A DNA stretch of 63,537 nt, the filler included, from Octopus bimaculoides (taxonomy: Eukaryota), in NCBI RefSeq assembly GCF_001194135.2. It is 8 parts of 8 records of this genome, joined end to end, with 100 filler letters (N's around TTAATTAATTAA, not from the genome) between each part and the next. Parts side by side here need not be neighbours in the genome. Positions count along the whole stretch, not along the records: positions 1 to 20,450 come from NC_068987.1; positions 20,551 to 35,344 come from NC_068994.1; 6 more parts are not named here. The stretch is one strand, 5' to 3'. Below the pieces are notes generated by a model. It did not search any database and had not been told where the DNA came from. It saw only the letters and a list, made by a program, of their open reading frames with translations. Positions 13,100-24,564 of this stretch are shown piece after piece (the stretch's first letter is position 1; each line of letters opens with the position of its first letter). Made by a program: the position numbers and the translations under genes.

Positions 13100-13468
13100 C
13101 GCTGTAACAGCGTGTCACTCCATCTACCGTTTGTTGGGGATTCCCTACAACACCTGGCGGACGGATGACGCCTCTGTCCCACTCGGGCGACTACCCTCCC
13201 GATCCATGGGTCTATTTGGGTAGTCGTTGCTGACTAGGGTTCACGAGGTCGGGGTGAAAATCCTGTCCCAACCACTTTTAGTCGCCTTTTACGATGCACA
13301 AAAGAAAGGTTGGGTCTATACTTAGACATGCCCGTCCTCACACGACCCGAAGGCAACGTTAAATGAAGTGCTTTGCTCAAGAAGATAACACGTCGCCCGG
13401 TCTAGGAATCGAACCCACGATCTGACGACCGTAAGTGCAACACCTTAGCCTGTAGGCTATGCGCCTTC
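13100..13468 (-). mobile_element. tRNA-derived SINE with structured 3' region
   Basis: Minus-strand head GTGAAGGCGCATAGCC...GGGTTCGATTCC (B box), then TTGAGCAAAGCACTTCATTT; ends next to a (CTA)n tract. Same head family at 39150-39340. Confidence 0.7.
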
Positions 13469-13530
13469 ACAGACATAAATTATGAGGATTCAAGGTGTAA
13501 CAATCTCGTCATTGCAGCAGATACAGTATA

Positions 13531-14276
13531 TACGAAGGGGTACCCAAAAGAATTCAGAATTTTGCAATATAATTTTATTCACTTGGTTTTACATGTTTAC
13601 ATTTTCATCGCCTTCAAAGTATTCTCAATTTGAAGCAGTGCATCAGTCCAGATGCGTCTTCGCTGTTCGAAGCCGTCCTGGAATTCTTCCGAAGTGAAAC
13701 CTTTTAATGCCTCCGTCGTTTTTTTCTTCACCACTTCCACATCTGCAAATTCTGTAGCACTATCTTTCGTCACCAGTGATGACCTTCGAATAATGGTGTG
13801 GATCAATTTCTCACTCTCTTTTCAGTTCATGACACACATTCAGTTGTAACTGCTTTTGATCTTCTGTGAGCAAGTGAGGCACAAATTTTGCTGCAACTCT
13901 TTTCATTTGCAATTCCTCGCTCAAAATTCGTTGGGCAGGAGTTCCAGGACACACCAGTTATATCAACAAGTTCGGCAAGCGCTTATCGATGGTCCTTCAA
14001 GATCAAATCATGAATTTTCGTGATGTTTTCATTCGTTTGAGACAACGACGATTGCCCTGAACGAGGTTGATCTTCAACCGACAAGGGGCCATTCCTAAAG
14101 CGTGGAAACCTCTCGTACACTTGTCTTTTGCTCATGGTAGTGTCCTTGTAACATGTTTAAAGCATGCCAACTCCTTCAGCCTCCTGACGGATCCTAATAG
14201 CTCTCATTCCCCACGCAACTGTGTGCTGCCATGTTTCAACGCGCTGCAGAACCAGTCCGGGAACTTTTTTATACCA

Positions 14277-14282
<6 letters not shown>
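13531..14282 (-). mobile_element. Internally deleted mariner element
   Basis: Minus-strand FADVEVVKKKTTEALKGFTSEEFQDGFEQ...W is a mariner C-terminus; TIR-like ends TACGAAGGGGTACCCAAAAG and ACTTTTTTATACCACCTCG. Confidence 0.8.
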
Positions 14283-14362
<80 letters not shown>

Positions 14363-14531
14363 TTATAAGTATGTATGTATACGACAGGCCTCTTTCAGTT
14401 TCCGTTTACCAAATCCACTCACAAGATTTGGGTTGGCCCGGAGCTAAAAAAAGAGACAGTTGCCCATGATGTCACGCTGCGTAACTGCCTCCAAAACCAT
14501 GTGGCTGGTGCAGTGATTATTCAGAATCCGG

Positions 14532-14590
14532 TTTCTTGAGATCTTTCAGTAATTCTTATGATTAGAAAGATTTATTTCATCAGAGATGAA
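14532..14590 (-). ncRNA. Degenerate hammerhead-like motif
   Basis: TCT CTGATGA AATAAATCTT-tctaatcat-AAGAATTACT GAAA GATC TC AAGA. Intact core, stem II 8/10 paired, palindromic AGATCT stem III; stem I poor. Confidence 0.4.
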
Positions 14591-15518
14591 TTTTAAATGT
14601 GAGCTACAAAATTCAATATACTTTTATGTAAGTTTAACCTGCAAGAGTAAAACAAAATCGAAAGGAAAAGAGAGAAATTCATAAAGAAAGGAAAATAATA
14701 GTTAAATTTCTGTTCTGTAAATAGTTGTTGGAAATTTAGCCATTATAAATCACATTTAGTAGTATAGATAACATCACAACATACTTTACTCAGCAAAGCA
14801 GTGTTATCGAGTAACAGATCCTAAATTATCGTATACTTAAGATGGTATTAAACATAACGGAGACGGGTTACCTACACTTAGAAGTATTACGATACATACA
14901 CACACGTTTTTGCAAGAACACTGAATAGAGCAATTTCATTTGTAGATGCTTGTACAAACATATACCGCTGTAATTAGGTAAATACATGTATTCAGCAACA
15001 TACACTTATATTTCAACTTATTTCATTATTTTTTCCTTTATTTTCTATATCTATACTTTCATTTTCTTACGTTTTCCTTGAAACTTCTATGGAAGTGAAT
15101 TGAATTTTGTAGCTCATATTTTAGAAGATACCTCGTTTGAGATGTCTCATAAGAATGAAAGATAATCCTGTTATACAAGAATTATTGAAATCCCACTGAT
15201 ATTGTAGTTTACTCAGTTCACGTGTTATAACATATTTTATAGTAAATGCAAAACAGTAAAACAGTAAACTGGTAAGGCAGGCATTTTATAAGTGACTTTA
15301 GGAGTTTTGCATACTAAATTATACTGCGCTCAAATGTAACCCATTCATTGATTTGAAAATAGACGCTGTGCATATATATATATATATANNNNNNNNNNNN
15401 NNNNNNNNNNNNNNNNNNNNNNNNNNNNNNNNNNNNNNNNNNNNNNNNNNNNNNNNNNNNNNNNNNNNNNNNNNNNTTTATATACAGACATACATACATA
15501 CAGATAGATATTGATATA

Positions 15519-16320
15519 TACTGAGTAATTCCATAAAAAATGCGGTTTTTTCAATTGCATGAACTAAAAGTCGGAAGGGGACGGGATAAACTACATGCAT
15601 CAACTTACTTTAAAAGCAGGTAATAACTTTAGATAGTACTTATTTTTAGTGCAAGTTTTGAAGAGCGCAGTTCGATTTTAGCAGTTATTTTTTCAAAGCT
15701 ATATGGAAACTGACAAAGGAGCACATTCGGCAATTTTGCTTTATGAGTTCAATAAAGCAACAACACAACGGAAAGTGCGAGTAATATTAATGTAGTATAT
15801 GGGGATCGGACAATAAGCGTAAGCCAGTGTCAATGGTGGTTCCAGAAATTTCGAACCGGAAACTACAGCCTAGAAGACGAGCCTCGTCCTGGAAGATCTG
15901 AAGAGCTCGACGAGGGCGTCCTGCAAACCCTGGTGCAACAAAATCACATTGTAACTGTTGAAGAACTAGCAGAGAGGCTTAGATTTAGTCATTCAACCAT
16001 TCATCGGCACTTGCGTACCATCAGAAAACGACCATCTTTGGTTTCAAGACGATGGTTTCAAGATAATGCTCGGCCACATACAGCAAGGATGCCATTCCAA
16101 AGACTGGAGCAGTTTTAATGGAAACGATACTCCATTCACCATACTCACCGGACATTGCCCCATCTGATTATCATTTATTCCGCAGTTTTCAAAATCATTT
16201 GGACGGAAAAAATTAATTCTGTAGACGAGGTCAGAACAGTACTGGAGGTGTATTTTTCGTTTGGAAGAGGGGCCTTGCAAGTCTACTAAATAGAAAATGA
16301 TGGAGAGCATATTTTGGATT
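15519..16320 (+). mobile_element. Internally deleted mariner transposon (pseudogenised)
   Basis: Translation WWFQKFRTGNYSLEDEPRPGRS...VTVEELAERLRFSHSTIHRHL, then FQDNARPH and YSPDIAPSDYHLFRSFQNHLDG; the central catalytic region is missing. Confidence 0.9.
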
Positions 16321-16329
16321 AAATAAGAA

Positions 16330-17400
16330 CTTTAGATAATTTAATAATAATTTCATTTAATGCTATATTCTGAAGTTGTTTTAATTTCTAGATTACTAGT
16401 TTACCAGAAGCTGACTTTAGTCTTTGTCTTTTTCTTTTCTAAAGTTTTAGAGTTGTTGCCTAAAACTTGTTTTCGCCATTCCTATACATCTTTTCCGTGC
16501 CACTCCTTGATTGTGTTTTACAGAAGAGGCTTTTTCTCATAAATTACGGTTTCTCGGTTGCACGTTTTGTGTAGAGGGCGTGTACCTGCATTTCTGCATG
16601 AATATGGAGTTTCAGCTATGTTGTCAGGTGAATGTGCTATTAGATTTCGTTATTCTTTGTTTCAATCTTCTTTCAGAATGAACCGCTTTAAAAGCTTTCT
16701 ATGATAGGACTGGGATTTTCTATAAGTCTTGTTGCCATAACAGATATCACATTTAATGAATATGGGTGCGTAATATACAATTGTAGGTCCCTTTCTTTAG
16801 TTTAGTCAAAGTCTAAGATGCTTATTTCTCTTTGAATTCAGTAGCTAATACGAGCGTTATTATTGTAGGGAAAGTCTTATCGAATATTTCATGAAAGACT
16901 GGAAATCTGTTCATAAATTTTGCTGATGAAGTTCTGAAAACATTCCTTAATTCATCTAAAGTTTAACCATTATTGCCTCCTTATTTCTATTCCCTTATCT
17001 CTGTAAATGTCAAAGTCTATTGTTGCAAATTTCTTAAGTAAGTACATCTAAGTTGTATAGTTCGATAACATTCCATATATCATACAGTACGATCCTGTAG
17101 TTACATCAATATAATCTGTTGGTCCGATATTTTACTTAGGCAGTGCTCTTATATAGCATGTATTATTCTTTCTATAATGAAATAGGTTATTGTATGTTAG
17201 ATTTTAGGAAATATTATGTCATATGTATTAGAGTTTTAGACATAAAAATCAATGTCGAATTGAGTAAATCTATAAAAGTTCTTACTGTCTACATTGTTGA
17301 ACCAGTCAATGATATCATTGTTATTATTATCCAAACGTTAAGCAAGATTTTTGTTATGGAATTCTCTCTTTGAGAACATTTAGTTTTTCGCTCACGCAGA
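16330..17400 (-). mobile_element. Penelope-like retroelement fragment (RT + GIY-YIG), heavily decayed
   Basis: Minus-strand frames give NNDIIDWFNNVDSKNFYRFTQFDIDFY (PLE RT) and CNRETVIY...CIGMAKTSFRQQL.NFRKEK (GIY-YIG); many stops and frameshifts. Confidence 0.75.
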
Positions 17401-17524
17401 TATGCGGAAGAACGAAAGTTATGCAATGCGACTTTAGCTATCTAGTTTCACGTAATGATGGATCTTGGAAACACGTGACTGCAAACTTCCTCTATATGTA
17501 TATATAGATGTGTGCGTGTGTATG

Positions 17525-17596
<72 letters not shown>

Positions 17597-17640
17597 TCTC
17601 CCAATTTTTTTTCTCCGTGTTTTTCTCCTTGTCTCCGTAT

Positions 17641-17677
17641 TCTTTCTGTTGAAGAGCGTAGCTCGAAACGTCAAAGA
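17641..17677 (+). ncRNA. Minimal hammerhead variant (CUGUUGA core) in a PLE-type pseudo-LTR
   Basis: TCTTT CTGTTGA A GAGC-gta-GCTC GAAA CG TC AAAGA. 5-bp stem I, 4-bp stem II, palindromic ACGT stem III, GUC cleavage triplet; second family copy at 24428-24463. Confidence 0.65.
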
Positions 17678-17767
17678 CTTTCCGTATTCCCGAGCGTCAT
17701 ATTAATATATACTTTTGTTATTTACACCACCTGTCCTCGTCTGTTGTTATTTTTTGTATAATCTCCC

Positions 17768-17804
<37 letters not shown>

Positions 17805-17997
17805 AATATTTCATTATATTTATAACACTTTTAGTGACATTTGTAATTCTTCTTTTTTAGTGAAACATTGCAAACCTCTGTTTATATTAACTTTAATTAT
17901 ACACATTAGGGAATCGCAAATCACCAAATTATTTGGATGACGAAAACATAAATACTAATGCCAAAGCGAGGCGGGAAAGAGCCGAACGAATGAGCGG

Positions 17998-18050
17998 TCT
18001 TAACTGATGAGGCAACGGAAATTGCTGAAACTAACGTATCATTATTAAGA
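17998..18050 (+). ncRNA. Type I hammerhead ribozyme within a ~350-bp direct-repeat unit
   Basis: TCTTAA CTGATGA GGCAA-cggaaa-TTGCT GAAA CT-aacgtatc-AT TA TTAAGA. Canonical core, perfect 6-bp stem I, 5-bp stem II, one mismatch in stem III. Confidence 0.7.
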
Positions 18051-19559
18051 AATCTCAATCGGCATTTTTCGGAAGATTATGGTCCCTGTTAGTGTACATG
18101 TTTTTATTCATGTGCGTTAACTACAGCATCAGAGCAGTATAGCTCTTACGTCTGCCAAAGTAGGTATTTCCCAACACCCGAGTCACATTCGTAATTCTCC
18201 TTTTTAGTGAAGCATTGCAAACTACAGTTTATATTAATTATATATATATATATAAGAGAGAGAGAGAGAGAAAAATACCTATATATATATATATATATAA
18301 AGACAAAGAGAGATATCTATATGCATATACTCACACACACACATGGATCCATACATAGATACATAAATACAGATATGCATTATGCATATAGAGAGAAACA
18401 GGAGACGAATGAAAGAGCGAAAGCGGCTACACAGACGTTAAGGTCTATATATATGTACTTACGCGTGAATTTATACATTTGGGTGCGTGTGCATACTAAA
18501 CTGCGTCTGCTTATGCATGTATGTAAGGATACACATAAATATACATTCATATATATATGTATGTATATGTACATATATAGCTGTTTATTAACATGTGTTG
18601 CTTATGAGTGTATAAACACACACACGCAATTACGTACACACACACACACACACACAAACAACTACAGAGATTCACCCACATACACACGTGCAGATGTTAA
18701 TTTCTTTATACCGATGAGGTGGGTGCTTGTGGAAGAATATGAAGGGTCTGCGTTGAAGAGATGGCGAGGGTGGGGCGAATGCTGGTATTTGCAAGATGTA
18801 TATGATGACAATATGTGCAAAGAAGTTTATGAGGATAGAGTCTCTGACCTTATCTTTAAAAAGTATATATACTTACCCTCTTCCCTAGAAAAATGATGAT
18901 GTAATATATATTTCTCTTAGAATAGCCTAGGGACCATAAATTGACGTGAAAAACTGAAACTGCTTTCTTTTCAGCCTCCATATTTACTGCTTTTGTGATG
19001 TATATATACAGCTATGGTCACATGTTTGTAGGAAAAATGAGGGAAGAAATATGGAAGAAGGAAGGCACCGCAGAGGAAGGGATGTTTTAGTAAAGACAAA
19101 AAGAAAAACACATTTCACTGAGTTAATTGGAAAAAATCTTCAGTCGTACATTACAATATGTTTATCCGCCATAATATGACTTTGGTGGAATATAGTATTG
19201 TTGGACGAGTTGTATAGGCAGGATTGCTGAATTGGTTACTAGTTACGATATGTGGGTAAAATGACTGACATTTTCCATAGATTGATTGAATCGTCAGGGG
19301 GTCGTATAAAATACCTTGCAATATTTATTCCGACTTTTTACTCTTTGATTGCAACGGCCATCGAGGTCAATTATACATTAATTCCCATCGGGATCAATAT
19401 AATGCGATACCAGTCAAGTAACGATGGCCATTGTAATTCACCGGTCTTCTCTACTAAATTTCTTGTGCCTATGCTAGAAATTATTATTTTAGTGAGTATT
19501 ACAGATTCAAGACGACGTTTATACATATGGAGGCACAATACATACATATCTATATGAGG

Positions 19560-20330
19560 TGTTGTGCGGACAAAATCTTCCTATACTCACTCAGGACCCG
19601 AAAATGAACAGCATCCTAAATAAACACAAATTACTAAAATGTAAAAGACAAGACAAATCATTCAAGTGACTCCTTACAAATGCAAAACTCTACTCAATAC
19701 ATACAACACCAACAGTTAAAAAATGCAGACGACCCAATTGTGGTACATGCCCACACCTACGTGAAGGCTCGCAATTCACATTCCAGCAAGAACAAAAAGT
19801 CTCTATCAAAACTACCTTCACATGTTCCTCCGACAACCTTATCTATGTCCTAACCTGCTCAGGTTGTGGCCATAACTATGTAGGCCAAACGAGCCTTTCT
19901 TTGAGACGCAGAGTCACGGTGCATCAGGAACAGATTCGCTTCTCCCAGTACAGGCGTGATCAAACGCCGAAGTTCTTTATCTTTCCCCTGTACCAGTGCA
20001 AAGATTCAATTTCAGTGAAGGAACGACTAAATAAAGAGAACGTATTCATTCAAAAATATAAGCCACACCTCAATATTCAGACATGACAACCCCAGAAACG
20101 ATACTAAGTAATCAGTTATCCCCCTCGACACCCATTACCTCCCTTGGTTCACTCTCTAAATCCTTTCTTATTTTTCAAACAACCAAGATGGCGAAAGCCC
20201 CTCATCATGCGAATTAATCACTACACAATACCCCTTGAAAAGCTAATTTAAATAGCGAAAACCGGTTGGATTTTACAACACCCATTTAATATGTATATAT
20301 TTATATTAAAAAAATATTAAACTATGCGAA
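19560..20330 (+). mobile_element. Penelope-like element 3' end: GIY-YIG endonuclease fragment plus pseudo-LTR
   Basis: Translation CSGCGHNYVGQTSLSLRRRVTVHQEQIR...FFIFPLYQC...RLNKENVFIQKYKPHLN* is a PLE GIY-YIG domain. Confidence 0.85.
20233..20269 (+). ncRNA. Hammerhead variant (U3-A8 core) in the Penelope pseudo-LTR
   Basis: CC TTGAAAA GCTA-atttaaa-TAGC GAAA(A) CCGG TT GG. Perfect 4-bp stem II and palindromic ACCGGT; one extra A and a short stem I. Lies ~150 bp after the GIY-YIG stop. Confidence 0.55.
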
Positions 20331-20418
20331 ACGAAGGCATTTTTCTTCATTTTTCTTTACATATTTTCAACTCATAATTTCACCACGTGTTGTGTACTGA
20401 ATCTCCAGTATTCTTGCT

Positions 20419-20450
<32 letters not shown>

Positions 20451-20550
20451 NNNNNNNNNNNNNNNNNNNNNNNNNNNNNNNNNNNNNNNNNNNNTTAATT
20501 AATTAANNNNNNNNNNNNNNNNNNNNNNNNNNNNNNNNNNNNNNNNNNNN
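20451..20550. other. Scaffold-join linker N44-TTAATTAATTAA-N44; also at 35345, 42144, 53406, 56010, 59452 and 61404
   Basis: An identical 12-mer (stops in all six frames) inside 100-bp N blocks, seven times. Confidence 0.95.
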
Positions 20551-20809
20551 TAGAACAATTAATTGTATTTTATTGAATTACAATTATTCAGTATTTGTGG
20601 TTACTAAGTTCATTCTACACTCATGTGAAGTGAACCCACCATGTAGCACCTTGAGCAAGTGTTTACACACATGCACATGTATGTATGTGTGAATTGATAT
20701 ATGTATATACACATATGTACATATTTGCATACACACATACATACGCATATGTGTAAATACACACACACACACACATATGTATATATATATATGTATGTGT
20801 GTGTATATG

Positions 20810-21012
20810 TTTGTGTGTCTGTTTGTTCCCCCAGCATCGCTTGACAACCGATGCTGGTGTGTTTGCATCCCCGTAACTTAGCGGCTCGGCAAAAGAGGCC
20901 GATAGAATAAGTACTAGGCTTACAAAGAATAAGCTCTGGGGTCGATTTGCTTGACTATAAAGGCGGTGCTCCTTCATGGCTGCAGTCAATTGACTGAAAC
21001 AAGTAAAAGAGT
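20810..21012 (+). mobile_element. SINE body/tail (Nin-type family); further copies at 27545-27700, 29915-30120, 39750-39940, 63285-63480
   Basis: GCTTGACAACCGATGCTGGTGTGTTT...CCCCGTAACTTAGCGG...GATAGAATAAGTACTAGGC...GGGGTCGATT...CAGCATGGCC...GACTGAAACAAGTAAAAGA recurs many times. Confidence 0.85.
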
Positions 21013-21029
21013 AAGAGTAAAAGAGTATA

Positions 21030-21965
21030 TGCACATCATCTTCATCATCACCTTTTAATGTCCAATATCCATGCTGGCATGGGTTGGACTGTTTGACCAG
21101 GGCTGGTAAGGTGAGGAGCTTCACCAGACTCCAGTCTGATTTTGCATGGTTTCGGTGGCTGGATGCCTTTCCTAATGTCAACCACTCCAAGAGTGTAATG
21201 GGTGCTTTTTATGTACCACCAGCATGGGCGTCAGTTGTGTGACACCAGTATCTGTCACAGCTATGATTTCACTTGGCTTGATGGGTCTTCTTCTCAAGCA
21301 TGGCATACTACCAAAAGTCTCAGTCATTTGTCATTACCTCCATGAGACCCAATGCTCGAAAGGTGCTTTTTGCATGCTACCAGCACAAGTACCAGTTATG
21401 CAACACTAGCATCGGCCACATTGCCTTGTGAGGGCCAATGCTTGACAGGTGCTTTTTACGTGCTACTGGCACAAGTGCCAGTTGCTTCCATGAGGCCCAA
21501 CCCTTGAAACATGCTGTTTTCATGCCACCGGCACAGGTGTCAGTTATGTGACAATGATATCAGCGACATTGCCTGTGAGGCCCAATGTTCAACAGGTACT
21601 TTTTACATGCTAGTTATGTGACACTGACATTAGACAAGTCTATGATTTCATTTAGCCTGATGGGTCTTCTCAAGCATGGCTTATTGCCAAAGGTCTCAGT
21701 CACTAGTCATTGCCTCCTTGAGGATCAACATTTGAAGATCATGCTTTACCACCTCGTCCCATGTCTTCCTGGGTCTACCTCTTCCACAGGCTCCCTCCAC
21801 TGTTAAAGATTGGTACTCCTTTACACAGCTGTCCTCATCCATACACATCACATGACATACCAGTGCAGTTGTCTCTCTTGCTCACATCTGATGCCTCTTG
21901 TGCCTAACTTTTCTCTCAAGATGCTTACACCCTGTCATACACGCACACTGACATTGCACATTTAG
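21030..21965 (-). mobile_element. RTE-clade LINE 3' fragment
   Basis: Reverse complement of the RTE 3' coding end (CGRGRPRKTWDEVV) and of the 3' UTR seen at 26500-27090 and 61900-62533. Confidence 0.8.
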
Positions 21966-21993
21966 TGAAGCATGCTAGCACACTTGTATATAT

Positions 21994-22044
<51 letters not shown>

Positions 22045-22106
22045 CATACACATACGTATATATACACATGTATAATATATATATATGTATACATGTGCGT
22101 GTGTGG

Positions 22107-22134
<28 letters not shown>

Positions 22135-22142
<8 letters not shown>

Positions 22143-22905
22143 GTGTGGAAAATGTGCAGGTCCAATAAGCACTAGAAATGTGCAGACAATAGACTAGCAA
22201 GTCTCTGTTGCCTGGAAGAGCAAGTTAGCAGTGGTGGAGGAAGTTCTGAAAGTGTAGTTACTAGAATAAGAACATGCTGGGCAAAGTTCAGAGTGCTTCT
22301 ACTTTTGTTGGTAACTAAGGGCCTCTCCCTCAGAGTAAAAGGCAGAATGTATGATGCCTGTGTATGTACAACTATACTACATAGCAGTGAAACATTGGCT
22401 TTAGCTACAGAGGACTTGCAAAGGCTTGAAAGAAATGAAGCTAGTATGCTCCGCTGGATAAGAACATAAGATGTGTGCATGAGAGAAAACTATTGGTTTA
22501 GTCATGTGATGTGTATGGATGAGGACACCTGCATAAAGAAATGCAGAGCTCTAATTTTGGAAAGGTTAGACATGGACAAAGTAGTGAGAAAAGATCTTCA
22601 GACGCTGGGCCTCACTGAAGAAATGACAAGGGACTGGGAGATGTGGTGATATGTTGTACTTGACAAGATGTGTTAGCTAAATAAAATTGCTGTCTTTCAC
22701 ATATATAGGCCTGTCATCTCAGGTGCTGGTGCCACATAAAAAGCACCCATGCTGGTTGTGTGTAAACACACCTGTACTGGTGGCACATAAAGAGCACCCA
22801 GCAGGCATGGAAACCATACCTCAATAGGCATCTGGAGTCTGGTCAGATCTATGTCAAACTATCCGGCCCATGCCCGCATGGAAAGCAGATGTTAAATGAT
22901 GCCGA
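22135..22905 (+). mobile_element. RTE-clade LINE 3' fragment
   Basis: RIRTCWAKFR...LVTKGLSLRVKGRMYDACV...HSSETWA, followed by the family 3' UTR ending CATGGAAAGCAGATGTTAAATGATG. Confidence 0.85.
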
Positions 22906-23051
22906 AATTGCAAGGATAATCTGGATCTCGACTGAGGAAAGAAAACTCCGAATGACCTGTCCTTGTTTCCTTGTATCATCTATCTGGATGTTTTATCCCT
23001 TTTGTGTATCACCTGGATGTTTTGCGTCCTTGTCCCATTCTGTATTATTTA

Positions 23052-23084
<33 letters not shown>

Positions 23085-23128
23085 TTATGTATATATATAC
23101 ACACACACACACATATATATATATACAT

Positions 23129-23197
<69 letters not shown>

Positions 23198-23327
23198 TAT
23201 ATATATATATACATACACATACATACACATATATATATGTATATACATACACATATATATATGTATATACATACATATATATATTTATATACATGCATTC
23301 ATATATGTATATTTATATATATACATG

Positions 23328-23880
23328 TACGAGGAGGTGCCCAAAAGTAACCAGAAATGTATGTGGGACAAGCCCGTTGTAGTTCAGGCTTCTGCTACTA
23401 GAAGCCATTTGATGCAAATCACAGTTATCAGTCTGCTGACGGGCGTCTCTGGGTGGAGACGTACTGCCATGTGGTGTGTCTTTGTTTTCCAGTGCTTCTC
23501 CCCTGTTCATCGATTTTTGCAATGGCTGAAACAAAGGAACGGTTTGCTTCTGTGAAATTCTATTTTCTGCTGGGGAAAATGGCAGCCAAAACAGATGTCA
23601 TGCTTCAAACAGCTTACAAGGATGCTGCCATGAGCAAAACACAAGTTTACAAGTAGTTTCCATGCTTTAGGAATGGTCACTTGTTGCTTGAAGACCAACT
23701 CCGTTAAGGATGTTTGTTGACTTCCCAAACTAGTGAAAACACCATGAAGATTCATGAATTGATCTTAGAGGACCGTCATTGAAGAACAATTAGTGGACTT
23801 GTTGATATGACTGGTGTGTCCTAGACCTTTTACCAATGAATATATTGCAAAATTTTGGTTTCTTTGGGTACCTCCTCGTA
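23328..23880 (+). mobile_element. Non-autonomous mariner with both TIRs and TA target duplication
   Basis: TA-CGAGGAGGTGCCCAAAAGTAACCAGAAA ... TTTTGGTTTCTTTGGGTACCTCCTCG-TA; internal transposase N-terminal remnant [34 protein letters not shown]. Confidence 0.88.
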
Positions 23881-23899
23881 TACATACATGCATGCTTGA

Positions 23900-24193
23900 C
23901 CGCTAAATCCACAAGTTTTTTTTTATTCTCTCTTTACTCCTTTTACTCTTTTACTTCTTTCTGTCATCTACCTGTGGCCATGCTGGAGCACTGCCTTTTA
24001 GTCAAACAAATTGACCCTAAGACTTATTTTTGTAAGCCTAGTACTTATTCTATTGATGTCTTTTGCTGAACTGCTTAGTTATGGGGACATAAACACACCA
24101 ACATTGGTTGTCAAACGATGGAGGGAGGACAAACACAAGCATACAAATATGTATATATGAGGACAAGATGAGGACAAATATCCGTCAAATGTA

Positions 24194-24246
<53 letters not shown>

Positions 24247-24410
24247 ATGAGCTTCTTTCAGTTTCCGTCTGCCAAATCCACTTACAAGGCATTGGTCAGC
24301 CTGAGGCTATAGTAGAAGACACATGCCCAAGGTACCACGCAGTGGGACAGAACTCAGAACCATAAGGTTGGGAAGCAAGCTTCTTACCACACTGCCACAC
24401 CTGCACCTGG
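23900..24410 (-). mobile_element. Full-length Nin-type tRNA SINE with internal microsatellite
   Basis: Minus-strand head GGTGTGGCAGTGTGGTAAGAAGCTTGCTT...CCTTGGGCATGTGTCTTCTACTATAGCCTCAGG, then (TA)n, then the body. Same layout at 36270-36600 (+), 47575-47975 (-) and 51470-51920 (+). Confidence 0.8.
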
Positions 24411-24427
24411 TGTATTTTCTCTTACTC

Positions 24428-24463
24428 CTTTCTGTTGAAGAGTATGGGCTTGAAACATAAAAG
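24428..24463 (+). ncRNA. Second, more decayed CUGUUGA hammerhead copy
   Basis: CTTT CTGTTGA A GAGT-atg-GGCTT GAAA CA TA AAAG; the downstream flank aligns with 17678-17760. Confidence 0.5.
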
Positions 24464-24564
24464 ACTTTTTCACTTTCCCAAGCATGAAACTAATACATCT
24501 GCTTATTGTTCATACACCTGCCTTCATCTTTTCTTTTTCTATAAATTTCAACTATAAATATATA

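Noticed and set aside
16921-16950. CTGATGA-AGTTCT-GAAA
   Set aside because: It lies within Penelope coding sequence on the other strand; stem II has a 2-nt loop and stem I does not pair.
20495-20506. Recurrent TTAATTAATTAA palindrome as a biological motif or CRISPR-like repeat
   Set aside because: It always sits centred in exactly 88 Ns, so it is an assembly linker.
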